DNA of 64,000 nucleotides from Eledone cirrhosa (Eukaryota), in contig OZ024754.1 of the NCBI GenBank assembly GCA_964016885.1, positions 13,702,001-13,766,000 of the forward strand. Reading direction: 5' to 3'. Below, piece by piece: positions 40,851-55,889 of this stretch (the stretch's first letter is position 1; each line of letters opens with the position of its first letter). The notes beneath the pieces were generated by a model. The model was not told the origin of the DNA and ran no database searches. It saw nothing but the letters and a program-made list of their open reading frames with translations. A program made the position numbers and the translations under genes.

Positions 40851-41949
40851 AAAAGCTTATATAAGACATGGCGGATGAAAAATTCACTGCAGAATGTATT
40901 TATGAGAGAAAAAGAAACCAGATTAGAACCAAAATGGCGAGTCTTTGTTACAAAACGGATACAAATAATGACGTCGTTGGTTTCTTAGAAATTACTAGAA
41001 TGGATTTAAAAAAAAACTAAACAAGAGACAATTCTTCTAAAGTGAAATATTTGCCTAAGGTCTCTGTTGCTAGGTTTCTTTATTGAGGTTTCCTTCTTCA
41101 ATCTTATATTATTTTATTCTACCAGAACAATTCAGAAACATTATTTCTATTTCTAAAAAACAAAAGACTGAGTTCTTTTACAACGCCGATCTCTGATCTG
41201 TCGAGTTTATTCAACAAATTTCAAATGGGTTATGTAATGTTTGCAATTAAAAAGGCGATGAATTGAGTCGTTAGAATGTTGGATGGAAAGCTTTGCAGTG
41301 TTCGTTTCGGCTCCCTTTGCTTTCTGAGTTCAAATACCAACGGGGTCAACTTTGATTATCATCCGTTCAAATTCGATAAAATGAACTATCATTCTAGTAC
41401 TGAGGTTGATTCTTCCTCTATATCTTTTACTTCTTCTCTCTCAGTTTCTATCCTCTTCTGGAAGAAATCTACTGTGTTTAGACTTGAAAAGAGATAGGCT
41501 CCGCCAAGCTTAAAATACCTTAATAACGTTGTATGCTACTACAGCGCCCCTGCGATTCCACCAGGAGTTAAGGGACCTTGCTTGGATGTTTGCAATAAAA
41601 ATAAAAATAAAAATAAAAATAAAAATAAAAATAAAAATAAAAATAAAAATAAAAATAAAAATAAAAATAAAAATAAAAATAAAAATAAAAATAAAAAATG
41701 AAATAGCGAAAGTAAGAGAAAAGTGGGAGGGAGTGGTGGTCGCTAGATCCTAATCTAGGTGGTATATCTCAGTTGCTCCTCTCGTACACAATGGCGAAGG
41801 TATTGCTGTAGAAAAGAGCCATAGACAGTTGCTGCATTAGCCACACCACATCACGGTACTCCTTCCTCGAGTGAGATGCACCTCTCCTCAATTTGGCGGC
41901 GGTAAACGGTAATTCGGAGACCCCAGACCCCAGAGGTCTCGATGGCGGC

Positions 41950-43373
41950 CAAAATATGTATAAACGTCACACATATTATATACACACAAACAGATTAAAT
42001 GCCCAACAAAATATGTATAAACGTCTCACATATTATATACACACAAACGGATTAAATGCCCAACAAAATATGTTTAAACGTCACACATATTATATACACA
42101 CAAACGGATTAAATGCCCAACAAAATATGTATAAACGTCTCACATATTATATACACACAAACGGATTAAATGCCCAACAAAATATGTATAAACGTCACAC
42201 ATATTATATACACACAAACGGATTAAATGCCCAACAAAATATGTATAAACGTCACACATATTATATACACACAAACGGATTAAATGCCCATCAAAATATG
42301 TTTAAATGTCACACATATTATATACACACAAACGGATTAAATGCCCAACAAAATATGTATAAACGTCACACATATTATATACACACAAACGGATTAAATG
42401 CCCAACAAAATATATATAAACGTCACACATATTATATACACACAAACGGATTAAATGCCCAACAAAATATATATAAACATCACACATATTATATACACAC
42501 AAACGGATTAAATGCCCAACAAAATATGTATAAACGTCACACATATTATATACACACAAACGGATTAAATGCCCCACAAAATATATATAAACGTCACACA
42601 TATTATATACACACAAACGGATTAAATGCCCAACAAAATATATATAAACATCACACATATTATATACACACAAACGGATTAAATGCCCAACAAAATATGT
42701 ATAAACGTCACACATATTATATACACACAAACGGATTAAATGCCCAACAAAATATGTATAAACGTCACACATATTATATACACACAAACTGATTAAATGC
42801 CCCACAAAATATGTTTAAACGTCACACATATTATATACACACAAACGGATTAAATGCCCAACAAAATATGTATAAACGTCACACATATTATATACACACA
42901 AACGGATTAAATACCCAACAAAATATATATAAACGTCACACATATTATATACACACAAACGGATTAAATGCCCATCAAAATATGTTTAAACGTCACACAT
43001 ATTATATACACACAAACGGATTAAATGCCCAACAAAATGTGTTTAAACGTCACACATATTATATACACACAAACGGATTAAATGCCCAACAAAATGTGTA
43101 TAAACGTCACACATATTATATACACACAAACGGATTAAATGCCCAACAAAATATATATAAACGTCACACATATTATATACACACAAACGGATTAAATGCC
43201 CAACAAAATATATATAAACGTCACACATATTATATACACACAAACGGATTAAATGCCCAATAAAATGTGTATAAACGTCACACATATTATATACACACAA
43301 ACGGATTAAATGCCCAACAAAATATGTTTAAACGTCACACATATTATATACACACAAACGGATTAAATGCCCA
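41950..43373. repeat. 57-bp minisatellite, about 25 copies
   Basis: Unit CAAAATATGTATAAACGTCACACATATTATATACACACAAACGGATTAAATGCCCAA. Confidence 0.96.
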
Positions 43374-43403
43374 AATGGATGAGTTGATACCTACGTCTTA
43401 AAA

Positions 43404-44481
43404 ATGTGTGCCTGTGTATGTGTTTGTGTATATGTTTGTGTGTGTGTGCATTTTTATGTGTTTGTGTATGTGATTGTGTGTGTGTGTGCATGTGTATGTG
43501 TTTGTGTATGTGTTTGTGTGTGCATGTGTTTGTGTTTGTGTATGTGTTTGTGTGTGTGTGCATGTGTTTGTGTGTGTGCCTGTGTATGTGTTTGTGTATG
43601 TGTTTGTGTGTGTGTGCATGTGTATGTGTTTGTGTGTCTGTGTGCATGTGTATGTGTTTGTGTGTGCGTGTGTGCATGTGTATGTGTTTGTGTGTGTGTG
43701 CATGTGTTTGTTTGTGTGCATGTGTATGTGTTTGTGCGTGTGTTTGTGTGTGTGTGCGTGTGTATGTGTTTGTGTTTGTGTGTGTGCATGTGTATGTGTT
43801 TGTGTGTGTGTGCATGTGTATGTGTTTGTGTTTGTGTGTGTGTGTGTGCATGTGTATGAGTTTGTGTATGTGTTTGTGTGTGTGAGCATGTGTATGTGTT
43901 TGTGTATGTGTTTGTGTGTGCGTGTGTGCATGTGTATGTGTTTGTGTGTGTGTGTGCATGTGTATGTGTTTGTGTGTGTTTGTTTGTGTGCATGTGTATG
44001 TGTTTGTGCTTGTGTTTGTGTGTGTGTGCATGTGTATGTGTTTGTGTTTGTGTGTGTGCATGTGTATGTGTTTGTGTGTGTGTGCATGTGTATGTGTTTG
44101 TGTTTGTGTGTGTGTGTGTGCATGTGTATGAGTTTGTGTATGTGTTTGTGTGTGTGAGCATGTGTATGTGTTTGTGTATGTGTTTGTGTGTGTGTGTGCA
44201 TGTGTATGTGTTTGTTTGTGTGTGTGTGTGTGTGTGTGTATGTGTTTGTGTGTGTGTTTGTGTGTGTGTGCGTGTGTATGGGTTTGTGTGTGTGTGCATG
44301 TGTATGTGTTTGTGTGTGTGTGCATGTGTATGTGTTTGTGTGTGTGTGCATGTGTATGTGTTTGTGTATGTGTTTGTGTGTGTGTGTGCATGTGTATGTG
44401 TTTGTGTATGTGTTTGTGTGCATGTGTATGTGTGTGTGTGTTTGTGTATGTGTTTGTGTATGTGTTTGTGTGCATGTGTAT

Positions 44482-44512
<31 letters not shown>

Positions 44513-45573
44513 CATGTGTATGTGTTTGTGTGTGTGCATGTGTATGTGTTTGTGTATGTGTTTGTGTGCATGTGTTTGTGCGTATGCGTGTTAGTTTGTA
44601 TGTGAAGTTGAAAACAATGAAGATTCTCAGAAGTTAGCTACGAACGATTGAATTATCTGAGCCTGCCATTGGATGGATGGTTGTGTTTGTATGAGCATGA
44701 GTGAGTGTATGTATGTGAGAGTGTGAGTATGTGTGTATAGATGTGTAAATGTGTGTATGTGTGTGCGCGTATGTGTGTGTCTGTGTGTGTGTGTGTCTGT
44801 GTGTGTGTGTCTGTGTGTGTGTATGTGTATCTCTGTGTGTATATGTGTATCTATGTGGCTGTGTGTCTGTGTGTATGTTTGAGTGTGTGTGTGTGTGTGT
44901 GTGTGTCAGTGTATGTGTATGTATGTATGTGTATGTGTGTGTGTTTGTGTGTCTGCGTGTGTGTGTACGTGTGTGTGTGTCTGTATGTGTGTATGTGTAT
45001 CTATGTGTATGTATGTGTGTATATGCGTATGCGTGTGTATGTATGTGTGTGTGTCTGTGTATGTGTGTCTGCGTGTGTGTGTGTGTACCTGTGTCTGTGT
45101 ATGTGTATGTATGTGTATGTATGCGTGTATATGCATATGTGTGTGTATGTTTATCTGTGTGTATGTGTCTGTATGTGTGTCTGTATGTGTGTGTGTCTGT
45201 GTATGTGTGCCTGTGTGTATATGTGTCTGCGTGTGTGTGTACCTGTGTGTGTGTATGTCTATGTATGTGTATGTATGTGTATGTATATGCATATGTGTCT
45301 GTATGTGTATCTCTGTGTGTGTGTGTGTGTTGTCTGTCTGTATGCGTGTCTGTGTGCATGTGTGTCTGCATGTGTGTGTATGTGTGTGTGTATGTGTGTA
45401 TATGTGTCTGCGCGCGTGTGTCTCTGTGTATGTGAGATTGTATGTGTATGTATGTGTGTGTGTGTGTGTGTGTATGTGTGTATGTATATGTGTGTGTCTC
45501 TGTGTATGTGTGTGTGTATGTGTGTATGTGTGTGTGTGTGTGTGTGTGTGTCTGTGTATGTGTCTATGTATGT

Positions 45574-45645
<72 letters not shown>

Positions 45646-45660
45646 GTGTGTGTGTGTGTT
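43404..45660. repeat. Degenerate (GT)n-based arrays
   Basis: Directly visible. Confidence 0.95.
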
Positions 45661-45978
45661 GTATCTATAAGTAATGTGCAACGAGGACACGAGAAAGAAG
45701 AGAGAAGGTGGCAGGAACGAAAGAGAGGCAAATGAAGACGTAAAGAATTTGATGCAAACTCTTTTAATAAACGTTTCATTTGGTCGTTGATCTAGCGGAA
45801 CTGCCAAATGAGGCGAGGCGATTGGCTTAAATATGTTTTTACTGGCTGGTTGACAACTATATCTACCCCCTCCTTTCTCTTCCCTCCCCACTACCTTCGA
45901 CCCCCCCTCCTCCTCCCCCTCTTCTTCCTCCTCCCCCTCCCACACTTCTATATCAATCTTTCATACCTACTGATAATA

Positions 45979-46360
45979 ATTGTTTCTATTTTTTGACACA
46001 AGGCCAGCAATCAACCCAGTGCATTACTGGTACTTTATTTTATCGACCCCCGTAAGGATGAAAGGCAAAGTTAACCTCGGCGGGATTTGAACTCAGATCG
46101 TAAAGGGACGTAACTATGCTGGAAAGCATGTCCGACCCTAATGATTTCTTATATAGGCACAAAGCCAGTAATTTTTTTGGGGGGAGGGAAAGTCGATTAA
46201 ATCGACCCCAGTGCATTACTGGTACTTTATTTTATCGACCTCGTAAGGATGAAAGGCAAAGTTAACCTTGGGGGGATTTGAACACAGACCGCAAAGGGCC
46301 TTAACTCTATGCTGCAAAGCATGGCGTCCGACCCTCTACCGATATTGCCAATCCATACCT
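45979..46360 (-). mobile_element. Two SINE copies
   Basis: Same family core on the minus strand. Confidence 0.85.
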
Positions 46361-46534
46361 ACCTACAATAATGGTTTCATTTTTTAGGCATAAAGCTGAG
46401 CGCGGTGGATTGGCTGAATCAGAGATATTTGAACTGAGTGTATAAAGAGCCACACAAAGCGTTTTGTACTGCGCTCTACCCACTCTGCAATTTCCTGCCC
46501 ATAACTATCGTCTGGATGTGTTGTAAGTTTAGTA

Positions 46535-46797
46535 CAGTCATGGGCAACCTGCGGCCCGTGAAGCTTTCTGAATGGCTTCCCTAAGTCACCTCAGAGAAAT
46601 CTTTCTGATTTTTTAACCCCAACTTTTCAGTCGAAATTTATCTTTCTATCATTTTTACAATCGAGAAAAACAATGTGTACGAATTATGAAGAAACAAATC
46701 AAAACAACCTGAGTTACCGCCCTTTTTTTAATGTGGGCACGAATGGATGAGCCATATCTCATGTGGCCCACTTCTCAAAAAAGGTTACCCATGCCTG
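46535..46797. mobile_element. hAT (Charlie-like) MITE
   Basis: TIRs CAGTCATGGGCAACCT / AGGTTACCCATGCCTG; perfect 8-bp TSD GTTTAGTA at 46527-46534 and 46798-46805. Confidence 0.9.
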
Positions 46798-47026
46798 GTT
46801 TAGTATGACAGTAACACTGGTTGCATTTAGTGGGGTCCATATTGTTGCAAGCATTCGGACCAGGTTTCCACTTTGAGATATCTTCCTCTCCTCCCTCCTC
46901 CCCCACCCTAACAGTCTTAGAAACCCTGAGAGATATGAACACAAACAACCCTTCCCAACTTGGCGAAACATTAAAAAAAAAATGAACGACAAGAAATCGA
47001 AACTAAAACAAATTCTTTTGTCCTAA

Positions 47027-50000
47027 CCACAAGAAATCACACGGCTACTGCTTGGCTCAACATTTTAATGTATTGATCCACAAGAAATCACACGGCTACT
47101 GCTTGGCTCAAGATTTTAATGTATTGATCCACAAGAAATCACACGGCTACTGCTTGGCTCAACATTTTAATGTATTGATCCACAAGAAATCATAGGGCTA
47201 CTGCTTGGCTCAACATTTTAATGTATTGATCCACAAGAAATCATACGGCTACTGCTTGGCTCAAGATTTTAATGTATTGATCCACAAGAAATCACGCGGC
47301 TACTGCTTGGCTCAAGATTTTAATGTATTGATCCTCAAGAAATCATACGGCTACTGCTTGGCTCAAGATTTTAATGTATTGATCCACAATAAATCATACG
47401 GCTACTGCTTGGCTCAAGATTTTAATGTATTGATCCACAAGAAATCATACGGCTACTGCTTGGCTCAACATTTTAATGTATTGATCCACAAGAAATCATA
47501 CGGCTACTGCTTGGCTCAACATTTTAATGTATTGATCCACAAGAAATCATACGGCTACTGCTTGGCTCAACATTTTAATGTATTGATCCACAAGAAATCA
47601 CACGGCTACTGCTTGGCTCAAGATTTTAATGTAGTGATCCACAAGAAATCATACGGCTACTGCTTGGCTCAACATTTTAATGTATTGATCCACAAGAAAT
47701 CATACGGCTACTGCTTGGCTCAACATTTTAATGTATTGATCCACAAGAAATCACACGGCTACTGCTTGGCTCAAGATTTTAATGTAGTGATCCACAAGAA
47801 TTCATACGGCTACTGCTTGGCTCAAGATTTTAATGTATTGATCCACAAGATATCATACGGCTACTGCTTGGCTCAAGATTTTAATGTATTGATCTACAAT
47901 AAATCATACGGCTACTGCTTGGCTCAAGATTATAATGTATTGATCCACAAGAAATCATACGGCTACTGCTTGGCTCAAGATTTTAATGTATTGACCCACA
48001 AGAAATCATACGGCTACTGCTTGGCTCAAGATTTTAATGTATTGATCCACAAGAAATCAAACGGCTACTGCTTGGCTCAAGATTTTAATGTATTGATCCA
48101 CAATAAATCATACGGCTACTGCTTGGCTCAAGATTTTAATGTATTGATCCACAAGAAATCACACGGTTACTGCTTGGCTCAAGATTTTAATGTATTGATC
48201 CACAAGAAATCATACGGCTACTGCATGGCTCAAGATTTTAATGTATTGATCCACAAGAAATCATACGGCTACTGCTTGGCTCAAGATTTTAATGTATTGA
48301 TCCACAAGAAATCATACGGCTACTGCATGGCTCAAGATTTTAATGTATTGATCCACAAGAAATCACACGGTTACTGCTTGGCTCAAGATTTTAATGTATT
48401 GATCCACAAGAAATCATACGGCTACTGCTTGGCTCAAGATTTTAATGTATTGATCCACAATAAATCATACGGCTACTGCTTGGCTCAAGATTTTAATGTA
48501 TTGATCCACAAGAAATCATACGGTTACTGCTTGGCTCAAGATGTTAATGTATTGATCCACAAGAAATCACACGGCTACTGCTTGGCTCAACATTTTAATG
48601 TATTGATCCACAAGAAATCACGCGGCTACTGCTTGGCTCAACATGTTAATGTATTGATCCACAAGAAATCACACGGCTACTGCTTGGCTCAAGATTTTAA
48701 TGTATTGATCCACAAGAAATCACGCGGCTACTGCTTGGCTCAAGATTTTAATGTATTGATCCACAAGAAATCATACGGCTACTGCTTGGCTCAACATGTT
48801 AATGTATTGATCCACAAGAAATCACACGGCTACTGCTTGGCTCAACATGTTAATGTATTGATCCACAAGAAATCATACGGTTACTGCTTGGCTCAAGATG
48901 TTAATGTATTGATCCACAAGAAATCATACGGTTACTGCTTGGCTCAAGATGTTAATGTATTGATCCACAAGAAATCACGCGGCTACTGCTTGGCTCAACA
49001 TGTTAATGTATTGATCCACAAGAAATCATACGGCTACTGCTTGGCTCAAGATTTTAATGTATTGATCCACAAGAAATCATACAGCTACTGCTTGGCTCAA
49101 GATTTTAATGTATTGATCCACAAGAAATCATACGGCTACTGCTTGGCTCAAGATTTTAATGTATTGATCCACAAGAAATCATACGGCTACTGCTTGGCTC
49201 AACATGTTAATGTATTGATCTACAAGAAATCATACGGTTACTGCTTGGCTCAAGATGTTAATGTATTGATCCACAAGAAATCACGCGGCTACTGCTTGGC
49301 TCAACATGTTAATGTATTGATCCACAAGAAATAATACGGCTACTGCTTGGCTCAAGATTTTAATGTATTGATCCACAAGAAATCATACGGCTACTGCTTG
49401 GCTCAACATGTTAATGTATTGATCCACAAGAAATCATACGGTTACTGCTTGGCTCAACATTTTAATGTATTGATCCACAAGAAATCATACGGTTACTGCT
49501 TGGCTCAAGATTTTAATGTATTGATCCACAAGAAATCATACGGCTACTGCTTGGCTCAAGATTTTAATGTATTGATCCACAAGAAATCATACGGCTACTG
49601 CTTGGCTCAACATGTTAATGTATTGATCCACAAGAAATCATACGGTTACTGCTTGGCTCAAGATGTTAATGTATTGATCCACAAGAAATCACGCGGCTAC
49701 TGCTTGGCTCAACATGTTAATGTATTGATCCACAAGAAATCATACGGCTACTGCTTGGCTCAAGATTTTAATGTATTGATCCACAAGAAATCATACGGCT
49801 ACTGCTTGGCTCAACATTTTAATGTATTGATCCACAAGAAATCATACGGCTACTGCTTGGCTCAACATGTTAATGTATTGATCCACAAGAAATCATACGG
49901 TTACTGCTTGGCTCAAGATTTTAATGTATTGATCCACAAGAAATCATACGGCTACTGCTTGGCTCAACATTTTAATGTATTGATCCACAAGAAATCATAC

Positions 50001-53000
50001 GGCTACTGCTTGGCTCAAGATTTTAATGTATTGATCCACAAGAAATCATACGGCTACTGCTTGGCTCAAGATTTTAATGTATTGATCCACAAGAAATCAT
50101 ACGGCTACTGCTTGGCTCAACATTTTAATGTATTGATCCACAAGAAATCATACGGCTACTGCTTGGCTCAAGATTTTAATGTATTGATCCACAATAAATC
50201 ATACGGCTACTGCTTGGCTCAAGATTTTAATGTATTGATCCACAAGAAATCATACGGCTACTGCTTGGCTCAAGATTTTAATGTATTGATCCACAATAAA
50301 TCATACGGCTACTGCTTGGCTCAAGATTTTAATGTATTGATCCACAAGAAATCATACGGCTACTGCTTGGCTCAAGATTTTAATGTAGTGATCCACAAGA
50401 ATTCATACGGCTACTGCTTGGCTCAAGATTATAATGTATTGATCCACAAGAAATCATACGGCTACTGCTTGGCTCAAGATTTTAATGTATTGATCCACAA
50501 GAAATCATACGGCTACTGCTTGGCTCAACATTTTAATGTATTGATCCACAAGAAATCATACGGCTACTGCTTGGCTCAAGATTTTAATGTATTGATCCAC
50601 AAGAAATCATACGGCTACTGCTTGGCTCAAGATTTTAATGTATTGATCCACAAGAAATCATACGGCTACTGCTTGGCTCAACATGTTAATGTATTGATCC
50701 ACAAGAAATCATACGGTTACTGCTTGGCTCAAGATGTTAATGTATTGATCCACAAGAAATCACGCGGCTACTGCTTGGCTCAACATGTTAATGTATTGAT
50801 CCACAAGAAATCATACGGCTACTGCTTGGCTCAAGATTTTAATGTATTGATCCACAAGAAATCATACGGCTACTGCTTGGCTCAACATGTTAATGTATTG
50901 ATCCACAAGAAATCATACGGTTACTGCTTGGCTCAACATGTTAATGTATTGATCCACAAGAAATCATACGGTTACTGCTTGGCTCAAGATTTTAATGTAT
51001 TGATCCACAATAAATCATACGGCTACTGCTTGGCTCAACATTTTAATGTATTGATCCACAAGAAATCATACGGCTACTGCTTGGCTCAAGATTATAATGT
51101 ATTGTTCCACAAGAAATCATACGGCTACTGCTTGGCTCAAGATTTTAATGTATTGATCCACAATAAATCATACGGCTACTGCTTGGCTCAAGATTTTAAT
51201 GTATTGATCCACAAGAAATCATACGGCTACTGCTTGGCTCAAGATTTTAATGTATTGATCCACAAGAAATCATACGGCTACTGCTTGGCTCAACATTTTA
51301 ATGTATTGATCCACAAGAAATCATACGGCTACTGCTTGGCTCAAGATTATAATGTATTGATCCACAATAAATCATACGGCTACTGCTTGGCTCAAGATTT
51401 TAATGTATTGATCCACAAGAAATCATACGGCTACTGCTTGGCTCAAGATTTTAATGTATTGATCCACAAAAAATCATACGGCTACTGCTTGGCTCAAGAT
51501 TTTAATGTATTGATCCACAAGAAATCATACGGCTACTGCTTGGCTCAAGATTTTAATGTATTGATCCACAAGAAATCATACGGCTACTGCTTGGCTCAAC
51601 ATGTTAATGTATTGATCCACAAGAAATCATACGGTTACTGCTTGGCTCAAGATTATAATGTATTGATCCACAAGAAATCATACGGCTACTGCTTGGCTCA
51701 ACATTTTAATGTATTGATCCACAAGAAATCATACGGCTACTGCTTGGCTCAAGATTATAATGTATTGTTCCACAAGAAATCATACGGCTACTGCTTGGCT
51801 CAAGATTTTAATGTATTGATCCACAAGAAATCATACGGCTACTGCTTGGCTCAAGATTTTAATGTAGTGATCCACAAGAATTCATACGGCTACTGCTTGG
51901 CTCAACATTTTAATGTATTGATCCACAAGAAATCATACGGCTACTGCTTGGCTCAAGATTTTAATGTATTGATCCACAAGAAATCATACGGCTACTGCTT
52001 GGCTCAACATGTTAATGTATTGATCCACAAGAAATCATACGGTTACTGCTTGGCTCAAGATTATAATGTATTGATCCACAAGAAATCATACGGCTACTGC
52101 TTGGCTCAACATTTTAATGTATTGATCCACAAGAAATCATACGGCTACTGCTTGGCTCAAGATTTTAATGTATTGATCCACAAGAAATCATACGGCTACT
52201 GCTTGGCTCAACATTTTAATGTATTGATCCACAAGAAATCATACGGCTACTGCTTGGCTCAAGATTTTAATGTATTGATCCACAAGAAATCATACGGTTA
52301 CTGCTTGGCTCAAGATTTTAATGTATTGATCCACAATAAATCATACGGCTACTGCTTGGCTCAACATTTTAATGTATTGATCCACAAGAAATCATACGGC
52401 TACTGCTTGGCTCAAGATTATAATGTATTGTTCCACAAGAAATCATACGGCTACTGCTTGGCTCAAGATTTTAATGTATTGATCCACAAGAAATCATACG
52501 GCTACTGCTTGGCTCAAGATTTTAATGTAGTGATCCACAAGAATTCATACGGCTACTGCTTGGCTCAAGATTATAATGTATTGATCCACAAGAAATCATA
52601 CGGCTACTGCTTGGCTCAAGATTTTAATGTATTGATCCACAAGAAATCATACGGCTACTGCTTGGCTCAACATTTTAATGTATTGATCCACAAGAAATCA
52701 TACGGCTACTGCTTGGCTCAAGATTTTAATGTATTGATCCACAAGAAATCATACGGCTACTGCTTGGCTCAACATTTTAATGTATTGATCCACAAGAAAT
52801 CATACGGCTACTGCTTGGCTCAAGATTTTAATGTATTGATCCACAAGAAATCATACGGTTACTGCTTGGCTCAAGATTTTAATGTATTGATCCACAAGAA
52901 ATCATACGGCTACTGCTTGGCTCAAGATTTTAATGTATTGATCCACAAGAAATCATACGGTTACTGCTTGGCTCAAGATTTTAATGTATTGATCCACAAT

Positions 53001-55140
53001 AAATCATACGGCTACTGCTTGGCTCAACATTTTAATGTATTGATCCACAAGAAATCATACGGCTACTGCTTGGCTCAAGATTATAATGTATTGTTCCACA
53101 AGAAATCATACGGCTACTGCTTGGCTCAAGATTTTAATGTATTGATCCACAAGAAATCATACGGCTACTGCTTGGCTCAAGATTTTAATGTAGTGATCCA
53201 CAAGAATTCATACGGCTACTGCTTGGCTCAAGATTATAATGTATTGATCCACAAGAAATCATACGGCTACTGCTTGGCTCAAGATTTTAATGTATTGATC
53301 CACAAGAAATCATACGGCTACTGCTTGGCTCAACATTATAATGTATTGATCCACAAGAAATCATACGGCTACTGCTTGGCTCAAGATTTTAATGTATTGA
53401 TCCACAAGAAATCATACGGCTACTGCTTGGCTCAACATTTTAATGTATTGATCCACAAGAAATCATACGGCTACTGCTTGGCTCAAGATTTTAATGTATT
53501 GATCCACAAGAAATCATACGGTTACTGCTTGGCTCAAGATTTTAATGTATTGATCCACAATAAATCATACGGCTACTGCTTGGCTCAACATTTTAATGTA
53601 TTGATCCACAAGAAATCATACGGCTACTGCTTGGCTCAAGATTATAATGTATTGTTCCACAAGAAATCATACGGCTACTGCTTGGCTCAAGATTTTAATG
53701 TATTGATCCACAAGAAATCATACGGCTACTGCTTGGCTCAAGATTTTAATGTAGTGATCCACAAGAATTCATACGGCTACTGCTTGGCTCAAGATTTTAA
53801 TGTATTGATCCACAAGAAATCATACGGCTACTGCTTGGCTCAACATTTTAATGTATTGATCCACAAGAAATCATACGGCTACTGCTTGGCTCAAGATTTT
53901 AATGTATTGATCCACAAGAAATCATACGGTTACTGCTTGGCTCAAGATTTTAATGTATTGATCCACAAGAAATCATACGGCTACTGCTTGGCTCAAGATT
54001 TTAATGTATTGATCCACAAGAAATCATACGGTTACTGCTTGGCTCAAGATTTTAATGTATTGATCCACAATAAATCATACGGCTACTGCTTGGCTCAACA
54101 TTTTAATGTATTGATCCACAAGAAATCACACGGCTACTGCTTGGCTCAAGATTTTAATGTATTGATCCACAAGAAATCACGCGGCTACTGCTTGGCTCAA
54201 GATTTTAATGTATTGATCCACAAGAAATCATACGGCTACTGCTTGGCGCAAGATTTTAATGTATTGATCCACAAGAAATCACACGGCTACTGCTTGGCTC
54301 AACATGTTAATGTATTGATCCACAAGAAATCATAAGGTTACTGCTTGGCTCAACATGTTAATGTATTGATCCACAAGAAATCATACGGTTACTGCTTGGC
54401 TCAAGATTTTAATGTATTGATCCACAAGAAATCACGCGGCTACTGCTTGGCTCAACATGTTAATGTATTGATCCACAAGAAATCATACGGCTACTGCTTG
54501 GCTCAAGATTTTAATGTATTGATCCACAAGAAATCATACGGCTACTGCTTGGCTCAAGATTTTAATGTATTGATCCACAAGAAATCATACGGCTACTGCT
54601 TGGCTCAACATGTTAATGTATTGATCCACAAGAAATCATACGGTTACTGCTTGGCTCAAGATGTTAATGTATTGATCCACAAGAAATCACGCGGCTACTG
54701 CTTGGCTCAACATGTTAATGTATTGATCCACAAGAAATCATACGGCTACTGCTTGGCTCAAGATTTTAATGTATTGATCCACAAGAAATCATACGGCTAC
54801 TGCTTGGCTCAACATGTTAATGTATTGATCCACAAGAAATCATACGGTTACTGCTTGGCTCAAGATTTTAATGTATTGATCCACAAGAAATCCTACGGCT
54901 ACTGCTTGGCTCAACATGTTAATGTATTGATCCACAAGAAATCCTACGGCTACTGCTTGGCTCAAGATTTTAATGTATTGATCCACAAGAAATCACACGG
55001 CTACTGCTTGGCTCAAGATTTTAATGTATTGATCCACAAGAAATCACACGGCTATTGCTTGGCTCAAGATTTTAATGTATTGATCCACAAGAAATCATAC
55101 AACTACTTCTTGGCTCAAGATTTTAATTTATTGATCCAGA
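47027..55140. repeat. 51-bp satellite/minisatellite, about 159 copies (8.1 kb)
   Basis: Unit CCACAAGAAATCATACGGCTACTGCTTGGCTCAAGATTTTAATGTATTGAT. Confidence 0.98.
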
Positions 55141-55889
55141 AGGGATGAAACGCGAGTTGTGTCTGTGTGTTTGTGCAATTTAATTTTGTAAACATTAAAA
55201 AATCATAATCATGTATAATTATTTAAAAAATTTTTACTCAAATATTTTTAGAGAAAGACCTCAAATTTCATATAGTTTAGGGTCTCAGCAGGTGAAAGTC
55301 CGGCCCTGCCTCGGAAGTATTTGAACTCAGGATTCAAAGAACCAGAATGAATGCTATAGTGCATTCTATTCAGCGTTCTAACTATTCTGACAATTTACGC
55401 GACTTATAATCACACGTTTCATCGTTAGACGGGAAATAAAGAGAGACACATTGGATAATATAGTTCTAGACAGCAATGGTGTGCCCCAGCATGGCCTCAG
55501 CCTGTCGGCTAGAACAGACGAAGAATAAAAAGATAAACGATAATCTGAAAAACAAATAGGACTGGATGGTCACAAATGGAACCCTTCTGACTATAGGTAT
55601 GTTCGGTTAAAACTGACTCGGGGCTAAACAACAATAGCAACAGCGACAACAACAGCAACAACAGCTACAGCGACAACAACAACAACAACAGCAACACTAA
55701 ATCAGGGACAATGATAACAACACCAAGAGTACAACGACAACAACACCAACATAAGATAACAAACTATGTTATTTTATATGATTGAAGCAGCGAACAATAT
55801 AATTAATCTCGTTTGTTAATTGAATGTAATTTAGTCTAATTTACGATTAGTGGTGCCGAGACAGGACCCCGCCCCCCGCCATCTGATAA

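Noticed and set aside
41893-43300. 299-aa and 150-aa His/Tyr-rich ORFs
   Set aside because: Translations of a 57-bp minisatellite, open on both strands and interrupted by stops
47205-55148. 709, 1662 and 267-aa ORFs as a repetitive protein gene
   Set aside because: Pure 51-bp tandem repeat with in-frame stops, TTG pseudo-starts, no unique N- or C-terminus and mostly non-synonymous variants
55275-55308. hAT-like end AAGTCCGGCCCTG as the boundary of an element containing the 51-bp array
   Set aside because: No matching left TIR or TSD found
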